64,000 nt of DNA from Eledone cirrhosa (GCA_964016885.1 OZ024751.1:49662001-49726000), one strand, 5' to 3'; shown: positions 1 to 13,128, counted from the stretch's first letter. Numbers and translations: made by a program. Notes: generated by a model from the letters alone, not told the origin.

Positions 1-92
1 CTGGGTCGATTTAATCGACTTTCCCCTCCCCAAAAATTTCTGGCCTTGTGCCTATAAAAGAAATCATTATTATTATTATTATTATTATTATT
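1..92 (+). mobile_element. 3' end of octopus-type SINE (family A, long 3' variant) with (ATT)n tail
   Basis: ctgggtcgatttaatcgact...ctggccttgtgcctataaaagaaatc followed by (att)n; shares the ctggccttgtgcc 3' motif with the other SINE A copies. Confidence 0.75.
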
Positions 93-905
93 GTTCTTTG
101 AGTCTCTCAGTCATTGATGTTATTTAACTGAAAAGTTTGTTGAAATGAATATCAAGCCACTACCTGCAGCCTCAGATATTCAGGACGTATCAGAGGGTTC
201 TTTCTGATCCCAGCAAGCATGCCTTTTGAAGTGTTCCAAAAAGCGGGGCGGGACCAATTTTCTTTAACCATCCTTGGAAACTCTTTGAGATAGTACCTAG
301 TGCGCCTATGACAATCGGGACCACTTTGACTTCATGGCAGTTCCAAATCCTTTCTACCTCCCACTTTAAGTCCTGGTATCGGTTAATTATCTCCCTCTCC
401 TTCTCTTGCACTCTCGTGTTGAATGGGCAGGCCACATCCACAATCAGGCACGATCTTTTTTCCTTGTCCAAAACCACCAGGTCAGGTCTATTGTGTTCCA
501 GTTTCTTGCCCGTCTATATCCTAAAATCCCACAGCACCTTCACCTGATCGTTTTCTATCACCGACTCTGGCTTATGCTCGTACCACTTCTCAGAATGTGG
601 TAAATTGTTTACTTTGCATAGGTGCCAGTAGATCACCCTGCCCATCACATCATGTCTCCAGCCTTCATAGTGAGTCTGGGTCAGGTGTTTACACTCGGAT
701 ACATATATATACATATATCCACATATATATACATATATCCACATATATATACATATATCCACATATATATACATATATCCACATATCCTACACAGTGGGC
801 TAGCCTCCTCCTTGTAAATATGATGTTTCAGTCACTTCGTGTTGAAATTAGTCTTGCCATTGTGCACTTTTACTCGACCTTATTGTAAAGCCCCACTGTC
901 CCTGT
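93..905 (-). pseudogene. 5'-truncated non-LTR retrotransposon 3' end, R4/Dong-like, CCHC knuckle + restriction-like endonuclease
   Basis: Minus-strand frameshifted translation ...LKHHIYKEEASPLCRICG...SECKHLTQTHYEGWRHDVMGRVIYWHLC...KVLWDFRI / HNRPDLVVLDKEKRSCLIVDVACPF...RYQDLKWEVERIW...VPIVIGALG has the RHD and PD..D RLE motifs; the element ends in (AAT)n. Confidence 0.85.
701..788. repeat. 20-bp minisatellite (acatatatatacatatatcc)x4 inside the LINE zinc knuckle
   Basis: Four exact units 701-780 plus a partial unit. Confidence 0.9.
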
Positions 906-952
906 CTTTGTATTGTCCCCTACATGTCGGCCCTTGTGGCTAATAAATGAAA

Positions 953-992
<40 letters not shown>

Positions 993-993
<1 letters not shown>

Positions 994-1179
994 AAGGTGG
1001 TGTATTGGCAGTATCAGTAGAGGGTCGGACGCCATGCTTTCCAGCATAGTTACGTCCCTTTATGATCTGAGCTCAAATCACGCCGAGGTTGACTTTGCCT
1101 TTCATCCTTACGGGGTCGATAAAATAAAGTACCAGTAATACACTGGGTAATTGCTGGCCTTGTGCCAAAAGTAGAAACA

Positions 1180-1227
<48 letters not shown>
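993..1227 (+). mobile_element. SINE family A with (ATT)n tail
   Basis: Head ttggcagtatcagtagagggtcgg, B-box-like gagctcaaatc, core gcctttcatccttacggggtcgataaaataaagtacc, 3' ggccttgtgccaaaagtagaaaca(att)n. Confidence 0.9.
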
Positions 1228-1534
<307 letters not shown>

Positions 1535-1809
1535 GTAGCAGAAGCAACAACAGCAGCTATAAGTGTAATTATGCCTATGCCAAAGAACGTCAACACTAAA
1601 TACTGTATAAGATAGAAGACTTTTGAATTTCACTGCTTAACAAATATGTAAACAAGATTAACTCTCGTTCTAATGAAGAGACTAACATATTTAATTGCCA
1701 ACATCTGTAAAGCCTGTCCTTGATTTGGACGAATGTAAATTACGTCATTGTTATACACAGTTGGTATTATTTGGAGGGATTGTTAATTATTAATTGTATT
1801 ATAATGATG

Positions 1810-2020
1810 AAGGGCAGTGGATTGGCAAAGGGCGGTGGATTGGCAGTATCAGTATTGGGTCGGACGCCATGCTTTGACGTATAGAGTTACGGCCCTTGCC
1901 ATTCTGAGTTCAAGTCCCGCCGAGGTTAACTTTGCCTTTCATCCTTACGAGGTCGATAAAAAAAAGTACCAGTAATGTACTGGATTATTGCTGGCCTTGT
2001 GCCAAAAGAAGAAACAATTA
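1810..2020 (+). mobile_element. SINE family A with duplicated 5' head
   Basis: aagggcagtggattggca followed by aagggcggtggattggcagtatc, then the family core and 3' end. Confidence 0.88.
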
Positions 2021-2085
2021 TAATGATGAAGACGATGACAATGATTGATATTGATGATGATGATGATGAGGAGGAGGAGGATGGC

Positions 2086-2118
<33 letters not shown>

Positions 2119-2320
2119 GATGATGGTGGTGGTGATGATGATGATGATGATGATGTTGGTGGTGGTGGTGATGATGATGATGGCGGTGGTGACGGTGGTG
2201 GTGAGGAGGATGGTGGTGGTGGTGGTGATGACGATGATGGTGATGATGATGATGATGATAATCATGGTGGTGGTGGGGATCATGGCGTAGAGGATGGTGA
2301 GGGTGAGGATGATGGTGTCG
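2021..2320. repeat. (GAT)n/(GGT)n triplet repeat
   Basis: Direct reading; source of the poly-D/G/H/M ORFs. Confidence 0.9.
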
Positions 2321-2427
2321 ATGTACTGAGAGATGAGTGCCAATGTGCATGGTGTGTTTGTATGGACGGATAGGTGAATAAGTGTAGAGAGAGAAGGAAG
2401 AATGGGGATATATATATATATATATAT

Positions 2428-2662
2428 ATAGGAACGAGTAGGACCCCGACGGCTGAGCTCAAGCCGTTTCCACGGCTGGTTCAGGACTAAAAAAAAAAAT
2501 TTTTTTCTTTTCGACGGCTAATTCTGGTCTAGAATTAGCCGTCGAAACGGCTTGAGCTCAGCCGACGGGGTCCTACTCGTTCCTATTACCCACTCTACTA
2601 CCCTAAGTTTTGAGTACTTTGGTGCGTTATGGTCCAACTGTTTCCTTACCACATTTCCTTCG

Positions 2663-2665
<3 letters not shown>
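2428..2665 (+). mobile_element. Fold-back element family 2 (PLE pLTR-like), flanked by (TA)n
   Basis: ataggaacgagtaggaccccgacggctgagctcaagccgtttc ... gaaacggcttgagctcagccgacggggtcctactcgttcctat inverted arms; homologous to 12976, 14797, 14940, 27058, 59379. Confidence 0.8.
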
Positions 2666-2699
<34 letters not shown>

Positions 2700-3270
2700 G
2701 ATATTCACGGTAAGTTGTGGGCTCTAGTCTGCATGAAGAACTGAATGTAATCCATATGTTGAAAATGTTGTAGGTTAAAATAAATCACGGAAAACAATAA
2801 AACATTAAAAGTAAAACAGAGTCATGATATAAGTTAAAACAATGAAATAAAAAATCAAGTCATTAGAAATATACATCACTGCTTTACGATCGTTTCTAGG
2901 TGATGATAATACATTGTAACTATACTTCTTTATCGATTTATGTAAGGTTAGTTACAACATATCAGATAGGGAGAATATTTACTTACATGCATATCACCAG
3001 CTGTTGTCAAAAGCAATAATAATTTTATTCAAAATTAGTAGTAGAATAGTAGTAAGTTTAGTTTAGTTCTATGACCTTATTTTTAGGTAGCTGAAGAACT
3101 AACCAATCAGATTGTTTTTTTTTTTCATATGATGTTAAGATGAAAAATAATTCACTTAAGTTGAGGTCATGACTCTTTGAAAGGAATGGTTCAATGGTAT
3201 TAATAATAGAATTGCTATAAAAAATCTATTAGGAAGAAAGGGATTGTCAAATTGATAGTTGAATGTATAT

Positions 3271-3865
<595 letters not shown>

Positions 3866-3868
3866 ATA

Positions 3869-3927
<59 letters not shown>

Positions 3928-3966
3928 ATATTAAATAAATGGAAAGTATATTTATAAAACCATATT

Positions 3967-4031
3967 TATTTTATTATATATATTTCAAGGCCAACCAAGA
4001 CAACATTGGTACGCTTTCATCAGATGAAATA
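3967..4031 (-). ncRNA. Type I hammerhead ribozyme (family 4)
   Basis: rc: TATTTCAT CTGATGA AAGCGTACCAATGTTGTCTTGGTTGGCCTT GAAA TATATA TA ATAAAATA; stem I 7/8 bp, palindromic stem III, AUA cleavage triplet. Confidence 0.75.
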
Positions 4032-4177
4032 CAAAGTTTGTTTCATAAATAGAGACAACCCATGAAAATCATACCTTATCGGTTGGAAATTCACTTGATA
4101 GTTCACTGTTGAGTGCCCTAAATCAGTTATAAACATTTATATTTGTCGGACTTCCAACAAATTAAATACCACTTCTA

Positions 4178-4294
<117 letters not shown>

Positions 4295-4384
4295 AATTAT
4301 ATTCAGAAGCAAATGTCGAGAATAAATATGAATTTGAATTAGCAAACTTAGTTTCATTCCATGCTATATATACACATGTGTATA

Positions 4385-4456
<72 letters not shown>

Positions 4457-4513
4457 TATACACATACTTATACATATACATATACATATACACATATATA
4501 TATATACATATAC

Positions 4514-4643
<130 letters not shown>

Positions 4644-4726
4644 GTAAGTGAATGTATATATATATATATACATATGTAAGTGAATGTATATATATATATA
4701 TACATATGTAAGTGAATGTATATATA

Positions 4727-4860
4727 TACAGGGGGTAGCAAAAATGGGTATACATAATTAAAAACAAAACCTGCTCACAGACCGTGTTTTATTGATTGTA
4801 CAAACATATCAATAATAAATATATTACTCTATACTTACTTTTCAGTCCTCTGCATCTGTA
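4727..4860. mobile_element. Possible degenerate Tc1-type MITE in a TA context
   Basis: Left tacagggggtagcaaaaatgggtatac vs right (rc) cagaggactgaaaagtaagtatag; imperfect TIR only. Confidence 0.3.
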
Positions 4861-4889
4861 TATATGTATGTGTATGTATGTTATATATA

Positions 4890-4930
<41 letters not shown>

Positions 4931-4956
4931 GCATATATATATGTATACATATGCAT

Positions 4957-5071
<115 letters not shown>

Positions 5072-5363
5072 GCATATATATATATATATGCATATATATA
5101 TGTATATGTATACATATGCCTATATATATATATGTATATATACACATATGCATATACATATGTATATACGGATGTATGTATGTATGTATGTATGTATGTA
5201 TGTATATGTATGTATAAAAACATGTTCCTTAAATAATTACGTACCGAATATTTTACTTAATTTTCCACAAGGAATGTGTTTAATACTTATTTTGTTTGCA
5301 TTTTCTGTCTTCCAACATAATAACAATGATTATTTATGGAAAAGAGAAAAATGAATAAATAAC

Positions 5364-5472
<109 letters not shown>

Positions 5473-5854
5473 TTTATCAATACAAATATTTATAACTTAT
5501 ATATATAATAACACGTGGCCTGGTAGTTCCTGTGCTCTCTAGTTTGAAATTTAGACAATCATCGTTTTCACATTATTTCATTTATCAAAATTGATTTACA
5601 TTTATATTTGTTTTAATAAATTAAAATTAAACATATTAAGGTTTATAAAAACACACGCAAACAAAATGAAACACATAATGGAAAAAAAGAGGATATTAAT
5701 GATGTGTCTGGTTCCACTAAATATAAAATAATATTCAATTGAATAATAATTATTTGTTTATAACTACAAATTATTGATTATTTTCCTTTACGTTATTTAT
5801 TACTTTTTTTTGCTGTTTTTTAGATATTTATTCATTTATTTTTATTTATTTATT

Positions 5855-5893
<39 letters not shown>

Positions 5894-7290
5894 TTGACAA
5901 TATTTCCTTTCTCTCATTATTCACTTTTTTAATTAGATTTTGTTCCAATTTAAACCGTGGTAAGTTAAGCATGATACCAAATTTTGGCTCAAACCTTGAA
6001 TATTCAAAACATTAAATGGCAAAAAAATAAATATAATAAATGAATAAATAAATAAATATAATGAAAACCCGAAAAAAATAAAGAAAAACGAAAAAAAAGA
6101 ACCTAAATCATTTCAGATTAATTATAGGTTTTATTTTATTTTATTTTATTTTAATGTAAATTTAAATATATTACGTTTTTCGTTTACTAATTGGGTGGAG
6201 TCTAGCGAAAACCATGTAAGGTCATTGATGTAATACTAAAGGTTAGCTGAGTTAGCATCGATATTTATAGTTCTCTATTGTTAATCGAAGAAAAGGGACC
6301 TTCTACAACGTCAGCAGACCTGTTAAAATTAGCAGTCATGTGCCACCCTTATGCTCAACCTAACATATTTATGAAAAAGGAAACAGACATTCCGTTATGT
6401 AGTCAAACATATTCGTTAATGCACGTAATCTATCGTTTTAAATCACCTTTAATGGTCTTAAAAGGCAAGGACACATTAAATAACATATACCTATATAATT
6501 CTATCTGACGAAACTGAGGGATAACATTTCTATGAGAGTTTCCTATCAGAGCACTTTGGAGCTAAACAGCCACATTTTGATCTAAGGCAATTTGTTGTCA
6601 TTGAAGTTTTTAGATTATAACCAAGGTAGCCTTGACAAGTGACAAAACGACTGTCACGTTATAAAGTCGGTTGAAAGGCTTCGTGTATTTATTCTGCCTT
6701 CTTATGTTCTTAGATCAAATCTTGGTGAAGTCAAATTTCGATTCTATCCACACAGTTTTAATAAATCAAATATATAATGTCGGGTGTTGAGTAAAATACC
6801 TTGCAATATTTGTTTCGCCTCTTTTCGTTCTGTATTTAAGTGTCATTGTGGCCAATATAGTTGCTACATTTAATCCAATCATAAGGTTTAGAACCATTTC
6901 TTGAACCATTCATATATTTACTGAAGTGCAATATTTGGTATTAGGTTCCCAAGCATTTTACGTGAAAGATTTCAGAAGCAGTACACTGTATGAAACCGAT
7001 GGTATATATACATATTTATATATACACACACAACCAGCCATATATATATATATGGTTGTGTAGGTGTGTCTATTTATAAATATATACATATAACGGCGTG
7101 GTATTGTTGTAATATGCTTCAATGGCATGTTACTTCGTTACGTCCATATTACGTCCATTTACGGTCATGTGCACTTTGCCATCCCCGCCACAAAATGGTG
7201 ATAAAATACGTACTGAACACAATACTGATCAAATCTCGGTAAGGTTACCGTGTAACGTTTGAATGGGGTAGAAATTAAATAAGAAATGAA

Positions 7291-7478
7291 AATAATTGTT
7301 TCTAATTTTGGCACAAGGCCAGCCATTATCCTAGTGTATTACTGGTACTTTATTTTATCGACTCCGTAAGGATGAAAGGCAAAGTTAACCTCCGCGGGAT
7401 TGAACTCAGAATGGAAAGGGCCGTAACTCTTTGTTGCGAAGCATGGCGTCAGACTCTCTGCCGATACTGCCAATCCAC
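7291..7478 (-). mobile_element. SINE family A
   Basis: Reverse complement of the family consensus (ggcacaaggcc...ggtactttattttatcgac...gatgaaaggcaaagttaacc...ccgatactgccaatccac). Confidence 0.9.
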
Positions 7479-7836
7479 AATATTCGATAATTGGAGACAA
7501 CAACCATCCAGAAGTCGAACGAAAATTATAACACCACGTGGTCAATGGGGCTGCTAGAAATACCAGTCAGTATCTACAACAAGAAGGAACAGATAGGATA
7601 ATGTTTCAGAAAACAAATGCCACGCTTTTGACAATAACTAAAATTGTGAAATTTTTATCAAATATTATTTAGCGACAGCAGGTATTGTCGTACTTTTAAG
7701 TTGCTTTTGTCACACACAACACAGAACATACATACTTGTATAAAAATAATTGGATTGGATAGAGGCTTCAGATTGTTTCCGGTAAAATATGTTTATTTAC
7801 CCCATTATTATTCATACTCCCATTATTCATAGCATA

Positions 7837-7887
<51 letters not shown>

Positions 7888-7924
7888 TTATATATATAAA
7901 TTTATATATATATATATACATATG

Positions 7925-8005
<81 letters not shown>

Positions 8006-8137
8006 TTATATATATATAGTAATAATAATAAATTTGAAGACTAAAATCCAAAGAGGGCTCGATAAGGAAAATATCTATCAAATATATAAGAACCGTAGAG
8101 TAAATATTTATTAAAATAACAGATTATTCATAGCATA

Positions 8138-8179
<42 letters not shown>

Positions 8180-8200
8180 AATTTATATATATATATATAT

Positions 8201-8650
8201 GGTGGCTGCCAACTCGTTTTCGAGTACGGCCACTACTTTATATCCATGTAGGAGAACTCCTACCAATGCGCTGAAAGAATGTGACTTTAGTCCAGCCAGC
8301 GACTTGAAAACTCTAGTACAAACACTACACCTGTGACAATTATTGACACATAGTGCTAGGCCCATGGTACCATGTGACGACAGGTGCAGAGAGATCTCCA
8401 GATATAAAGCAATGCCTGTGCTGTGAAGCTTTTATAGTGAGCAAAGGCACTGCACAAAGCCAGACCCACTCTCTTAACCAAGATGATATTTACCAAAAAG
8501 AAGAACAAGTCAACATCATTGGATACCATCAGGGTTGCAGGTGTTATATCAGAGTTTTCTTTCTCCTAGAATTCTGCCTTGACAAAGGCTAATGGGTCAT
8601 CTCTCCCGGTGATTTTGGATGGCCATTGACTCTTAAGAGCCCCTTTGCCC
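8201..8650 (-). mobile_element. Non-autonomous RTE-derived element (5' UTR-like part + 3' end)
   Basis: rc contains ctaggagaaagaaaactctgat (resembles RTE 5' UTR), a C-terminal zinc finger remnant CSVCTRVFKSLAGLKSH, and tail ggccgtactcgaaaacgagttggcagccacc(at)n; copies at 33792 and 41167. Confidence 0.7.
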
Positions 8651-8844
8651 TTTGATGTATATATATATATATACATACATACATGTTCCATCATCCACTT
8701 TTCTAAAGATAAATCATACACAAAACGCCAGCACCAACAGTTTTGGAAGAGATGTCAACATGAATGGACCTGTTATTTTTATCTAAAGACATTTTTTCCA
8801 ATCCCACCTGCCCGTACCCTCAATCGATTTTATGTCTTATTCTT

Positions 8845-8880
8845 TCTTCTGATGAAGGACTAACGTCCGTAACGTTAAGA
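8845..8880 (+). ncRNA. Degenerate minimal hammerhead ribozyme (GAAA mutated to GTAA)
   Basis: TCTT CTGATGA A GGAC TAAC GTCC GTAA CGTT AAGA. Confidence 0.6.
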
Positions 8881-9279
8881 CCCTATTCCTGCTATATCAA
8901 GCGTTAACCTTCCATATACTGTACCGATTGTGTTGTTATTTCTGTTTACCTTTTACATACACACACACACATATATATGCATATATATACGCGAAAATGT
9001 TTTGCTTATTCCTTGTGGCTGTTTGCGATCTCAGTTCAAATCCCACCAAGGCCACTTTGCATATCATCATTTCGGGATCGATAAAAATGTATCTCTTGCT
9101 GTACAATTATTTCCCCATTTCTCTTTCTCACTTCCTCTTTATGATTCTTTCTTTCTGTTGTTCTGTTGTTCCGACCTAGAAATATGAAGGGGCTCCGCCA
9201 AATTTCAAATAGTTATGGCGCTCTATAAGTTTTAATGACGCTCCTACGAGCCTATTTCATGTGTACAGTTCAGATTCAT

Positions 9280-9381
<102 letters not shown>

Positions 9382-9554
9382 TATTAATAATAATAAATTT
9401 CAAGACTAAAATCCAAAGATTGACGTATCTTATTCGTTTTTTCCCGTTCTTTGCCAGCGAACGTTTCCACGAACCAAAGTATCGTCTTCCTGTCTTCCTC
9501 CGGTTGCAACGTTTTTTGAAATATCCACTTCTGCGTTTACAGATTGACTTTGTT

Positions 9555-9605
9555 AGTTTCAGAAGATCCCGTTAAGGGTGAAAGCAGCGATTATTTGCTT
9601 AAACT
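9555..9605 (+). ncRNA. Hammerhead-like motif with CAGAAGA core variant (family 5)
   Basis: AGTTT CAGAAGA T CCC GTTAA GGG T GAAA GCAG CGATTAT TTGC TT AAACT; all three stems form. Confidence 0.6.
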
Positions 9606-9616
9606 TTAATCTGTTA

Positions 9617-9653
<37 letters not shown>

Positions 9654-9998
9654 AAGGTTTAGTAAATAATGAAAAAGTTTCAAAATAAATTTTAAAAAAT
9701 TGACTTTAACTACTATAGTTACCTTTACCGATCGGTTTCGAATCCCAAAAATAAAACGGAGACCATACGTGCATGTGTGTGTGTGCGTGTGCGCGCGCGT
9801 ATGTGTGTGTGTATATATGTAAGTGTATGTATGTATATATGTATAATATGCTCATGATCTTTCTATGTACGAAATATTTTAACTAATTTAAATCTTATTA
9901 CATTTTGAGCCAACCTCATTAATCATAATTTTTATCACCTACTCCATATTAATTATTATTATTATTAATATTTTTTTTTTTTTTTTCATATATTTCAG

Positions 9999-10115
9999 GA
10001 GTTAAAGGCGAGAAGGGTGACAAAGGCAATATTGGAACGAAAGGGGAGCCAGGTGAATCAGGACTTCATGGCTTAACAGGTCCTCAAGGCCCCTCAGGTT
10101 CTCGAGGACCTAAAG
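9999..10115 (+). CDS. Collagen triple-helix exon (13 Gly-X-Y triplets)
   Basis: Polypyrimidine tract + tttcAG acceptor; (G)[38 protein letters not shown](G); g|GTgtgt donor; 117 bp, phase 1-1. Confidence 0.93.
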
Positions 10116-10166
10116 GTGTGTACAATAAATATACTTGTAATGTGACAATATATATATATCCTATAT

Positions 10167-10205
<39 letters not shown>

Positions 10206-10556
10206 AAACAGTTCTATTGCTGTAGAAGCCTTCTCTATATTAAACATTTATACTCTGCTTTTTAATCTATCTATCTATCTATCTATTTATCATAATAAAA
10301 TGGCTGAATACGATAAATGTAATCCGAGTTTTTCGAATATTAATAATAACATTCGATTCGTTTGCAATTATGCTCTTATATATATTTTTTTTCTTTCACA
10401 TTAACTCTTTATGCTCTACGTTACGCCTCTTTTTTCCTTTTTTCTTTTTTCCTTTTTCCTTTTTCTTTTCACTTCATAAACCTTGTTTGTAAATAACATT
10501 ATTCTTTCTGCACCATTTCTTTAACATGTGCAACACCACCATTCTACACCAATACA

Positions 10557-10606
10557 TGTCATTATCATTTGATAATGCATAAAAATGCTGAAACCGGTAA
10601 TAGACA
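10557..10606 (+). ncRNA. Hammerhead-like motif with U3/A8 core, in the collagen intron
   Basis: AT TTGATAA T GCAT AAAA ATGC T GAAA CCGG TA ATAGACA; stem II and palindromic stem III are good, stem I is weak. Confidence 0.45.
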
Positions 10607-10798
10607 ATTATTAAATATATCAATAGATACATAAATGCCATTGTTAATTAATAAATAAATCAACTAATACCTTAACACTTCACACAAAGTAAAACATTTC
10701 GTTTTAATCATTTTCTAACCCAGAAAAAAGAGAGAAAGAGATAAAAAAAAGGGAAACAAATATATTTTTCTTCCTAATAATCGTCTCTTTCTCCCTGT

Positions 10799-10870
<72 letters not shown>

Positions 10871-11181
10871 GTTTATCCCGGGTTCAAACGGGGGTAACCA
10901 CAATATATATATATATATATTATGTATGTATGTATGGATGGATGCATGTATTATGCATGCATACATGCATACATATGCATATATGTATACGTATATATAT
11001 GTGTGTGTGTACGTATGGATGGGTGAATGTGTGTGTGTAAATATATATAATACACTATAAGAGTAGAAACAGTCTAATGCTCATTGAATAATTCAAATCA
11101 TAACCTAATGTATTATATAATTCACTGATGATAACCGATTGCGCCTTACATACATACATGCGTGCCTACATACAGATATGA

Positions 11182-11699
11182 TGGCTGCCCCCTCGTTATC
11201 GAGTATGGCCATTGCATGATATACTATTATTAATAATTATTAATTAATTCTATCATGCAATACCTGATATTTTTTTTAAGTGAGGAAAGACTGTGCACTG
11301 AGCCAATCCCACTCTCTGACAGTAGCTATAACCCGAAAAGAAGAAAAGATCAACATCATCGGTAACTACTGAGCCGCAGGTTTTATATCGGAGTTATCCA
11401 AGTTTCCTGAGTTGCCTTCTCCTAGAAGAATGCCCTGACAAATCCTATGGGTCCTTCACTCCCAGTGGTTTAACCGCGCGGTACATGTGTATATACATAT
11501 TTACACACTTTTGGATGGCCGTTGACTCTTATGACTTCTTCCGCCCTTTGTCAGGTTTTGTTTTTTGTCCTGCAGGGTGTCCAAAATCACCCTCCTCACC
11601 AAGTAAACTTGGTGGGGTTGCCGGTTTAGTCGCCGACGACTCGACCATGTGACAGGTTGTACTGGGTTACATGTTACGATTAGCACTCAAGAGTAACCC
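11182..11699 (-). mobile_element. RTE-derived non-autonomous element, antisense in the collagen intron
   Basis: Tail tggctgccccctcgttatcgagtatggccattgca (also at ~40634) and ccttctcctagaagaatgccctgac 5'UTR-like segment; related to 8201-8650. Confidence 0.6.
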
Positions 11700-11700
11700 G

Positions 11701-11838
11701 ACATAACATACAGATATACATACATATATACAGACATAACATACAGATATACATACATATATACAGACATAACATACAGATATACATACATATATACAGA
11801 CATAACATACAGATATACATACATATACACATACATAC
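11701..11838. repeat. 33-bp minisatellite (acataacatacagatatacatacatatatacag) x~4
   Basis: Direct reading; ends ~50 bp upstream of the exon acceptor. Confidence 0.85.
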
Positions 11839-11886
11839 AGGCATATATTCAAGTGTATATGTAACTGTTAATTTCAACTACTTTAG

Positions 11887-12003
11887 GTGATCCTGGTCAT
11901 ACTGGACCACCAGGACCCGTCGGTCCAAAAGGTGACGAAGGCATTATGGGAAGGCCTGGAATACCTGGAAAACCAGGAAAAGATGGACAGCCCGGACAAC
12001 CAG
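11887..12003 (+). CDS. Collagen triple-helix exon (13 Gly-X-Y triplets)
   Basis: ctttAG acceptor; (G)[38 protein letters not shown](G); cag|GTAAGc donor; 117 bp, phase 1-1, in frame with the previous exon. Confidence 0.95.
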
Positions 12004-12068
12004 GTAAGCATAATCTATCGACATATATATCTAGCATTTTTACTACGAAGCACGCACACTCACTCATA

Positions 12069-12105
<37 letters not shown>

Positions 12106-12112
12106 ATATATC

Positions 12113-12172
<60 letters not shown>

Positions 12173-12494
12173 TAATTTTAGTGGACTTGCTCTATTTGGA
12201 TGGGATTTTGTCCACATCGCTTTGTTTGTTATTATAGGAATGCTATAGTGTTTCAATTATTTAGTATTTAAGCATTTAGTGCGCCATTAAATATAGGGTA
12301 CTAATCTATGTAATAGCCAAGGTTTCACACAAATCAAATACATCGAGCCTTTGTGGCCTGACGATGTTCGTCGCTTTGGTACCAGTACAATGGATTGGGT
12401 TGAATTGACGATGTTCGTCGCTTTGGTACCAGTACAATGGATTGGCTTTAATTAAATATAGTGTTTTGGGTTTGTCCGGGCCAGTTGTATTATG

Positions 12495-12820
12495 TTGTTG
12501 GGTAGTATCGGTAGAGGGTCGGACACCATGCTTTGCAGCAAAGAGTTGCGGCCCTTTATAGTTAGAGTTCAAATCCCACCGAGGTAAACTTTGCCTTTCA
12601 TCCTTACGGGGTCGATAAAATAAAGTACCAGTAATGCAGTGGTTTAATTGCTGGCCTTGTGCCAAAAGTAGAAACAATTATTATTATGGCAGTATCGGTA
12701 GAGCGTCAGGCACCATACATTGAAGCATAGAGTTAAGGCCCATTACGTTCTGAGTTCAAATCCATCTGAGGTTAATGCACTTGGGTAATTTCTGATCTTG
12801 TGCCAAAAATAGAAACATTA
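12495..12820 (+). mobile_element. Two tandem SINE A copies; the second (12688-12820) lacks the central core
   Basis: First copy complete to agaaacaattattatt; second jumps from gaggttaa directly to tgcacttgggtaatt. Confidence 0.85.
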
Positions 12821-12855
12821 TTAATATATCCACCCACACTCGCACACATATGCAA

Positions 12856-12905
<50 letters not shown>

Positions 12906-12942
12906 TGAACTCGTGCGCCGATTTTTCGATACTCGATTATTC

Positions 12943-12975
<33 letters not shown>

Positions 12976-12978
<3 letters not shown>

Positions 12979-13128
12979 GGAAAAAACGAAAATGTTTAAC
13001 CCCGTTGAAACGGCCTGAGCTCTGCCGTCGGGGTTAAACATGTTCCTATTACCCACTCTACTACCCTTAGTATTGAGTACTCTGGTGCGTTATGGTCCAT
13101 CTGCTTCCTTACCACACCTCCTTCGTTA
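12976..13128 (+). mobile_element. Fold-back family 2 copy
   Basis: tgtttaaccccg...gaaacggcctgagctctgccgtcggggttaaaca then cctattacccactctactac...ccttcgtta. Confidence 0.75.

Noticed and set aside
11887-12256. ORF track entries 11887..12237 (+) and 11897..12256 (-)
   Set aside because: Wrong frame or antisense shadow of the real collagen exon 11887-12003, which is bounded by AG/GT on the + strand
12358-12445. CTGACGA plus a 47-bp-period direct repeat as a possible HHR
   Set aside because: No GAAA/NUH half; simple tandem duplication
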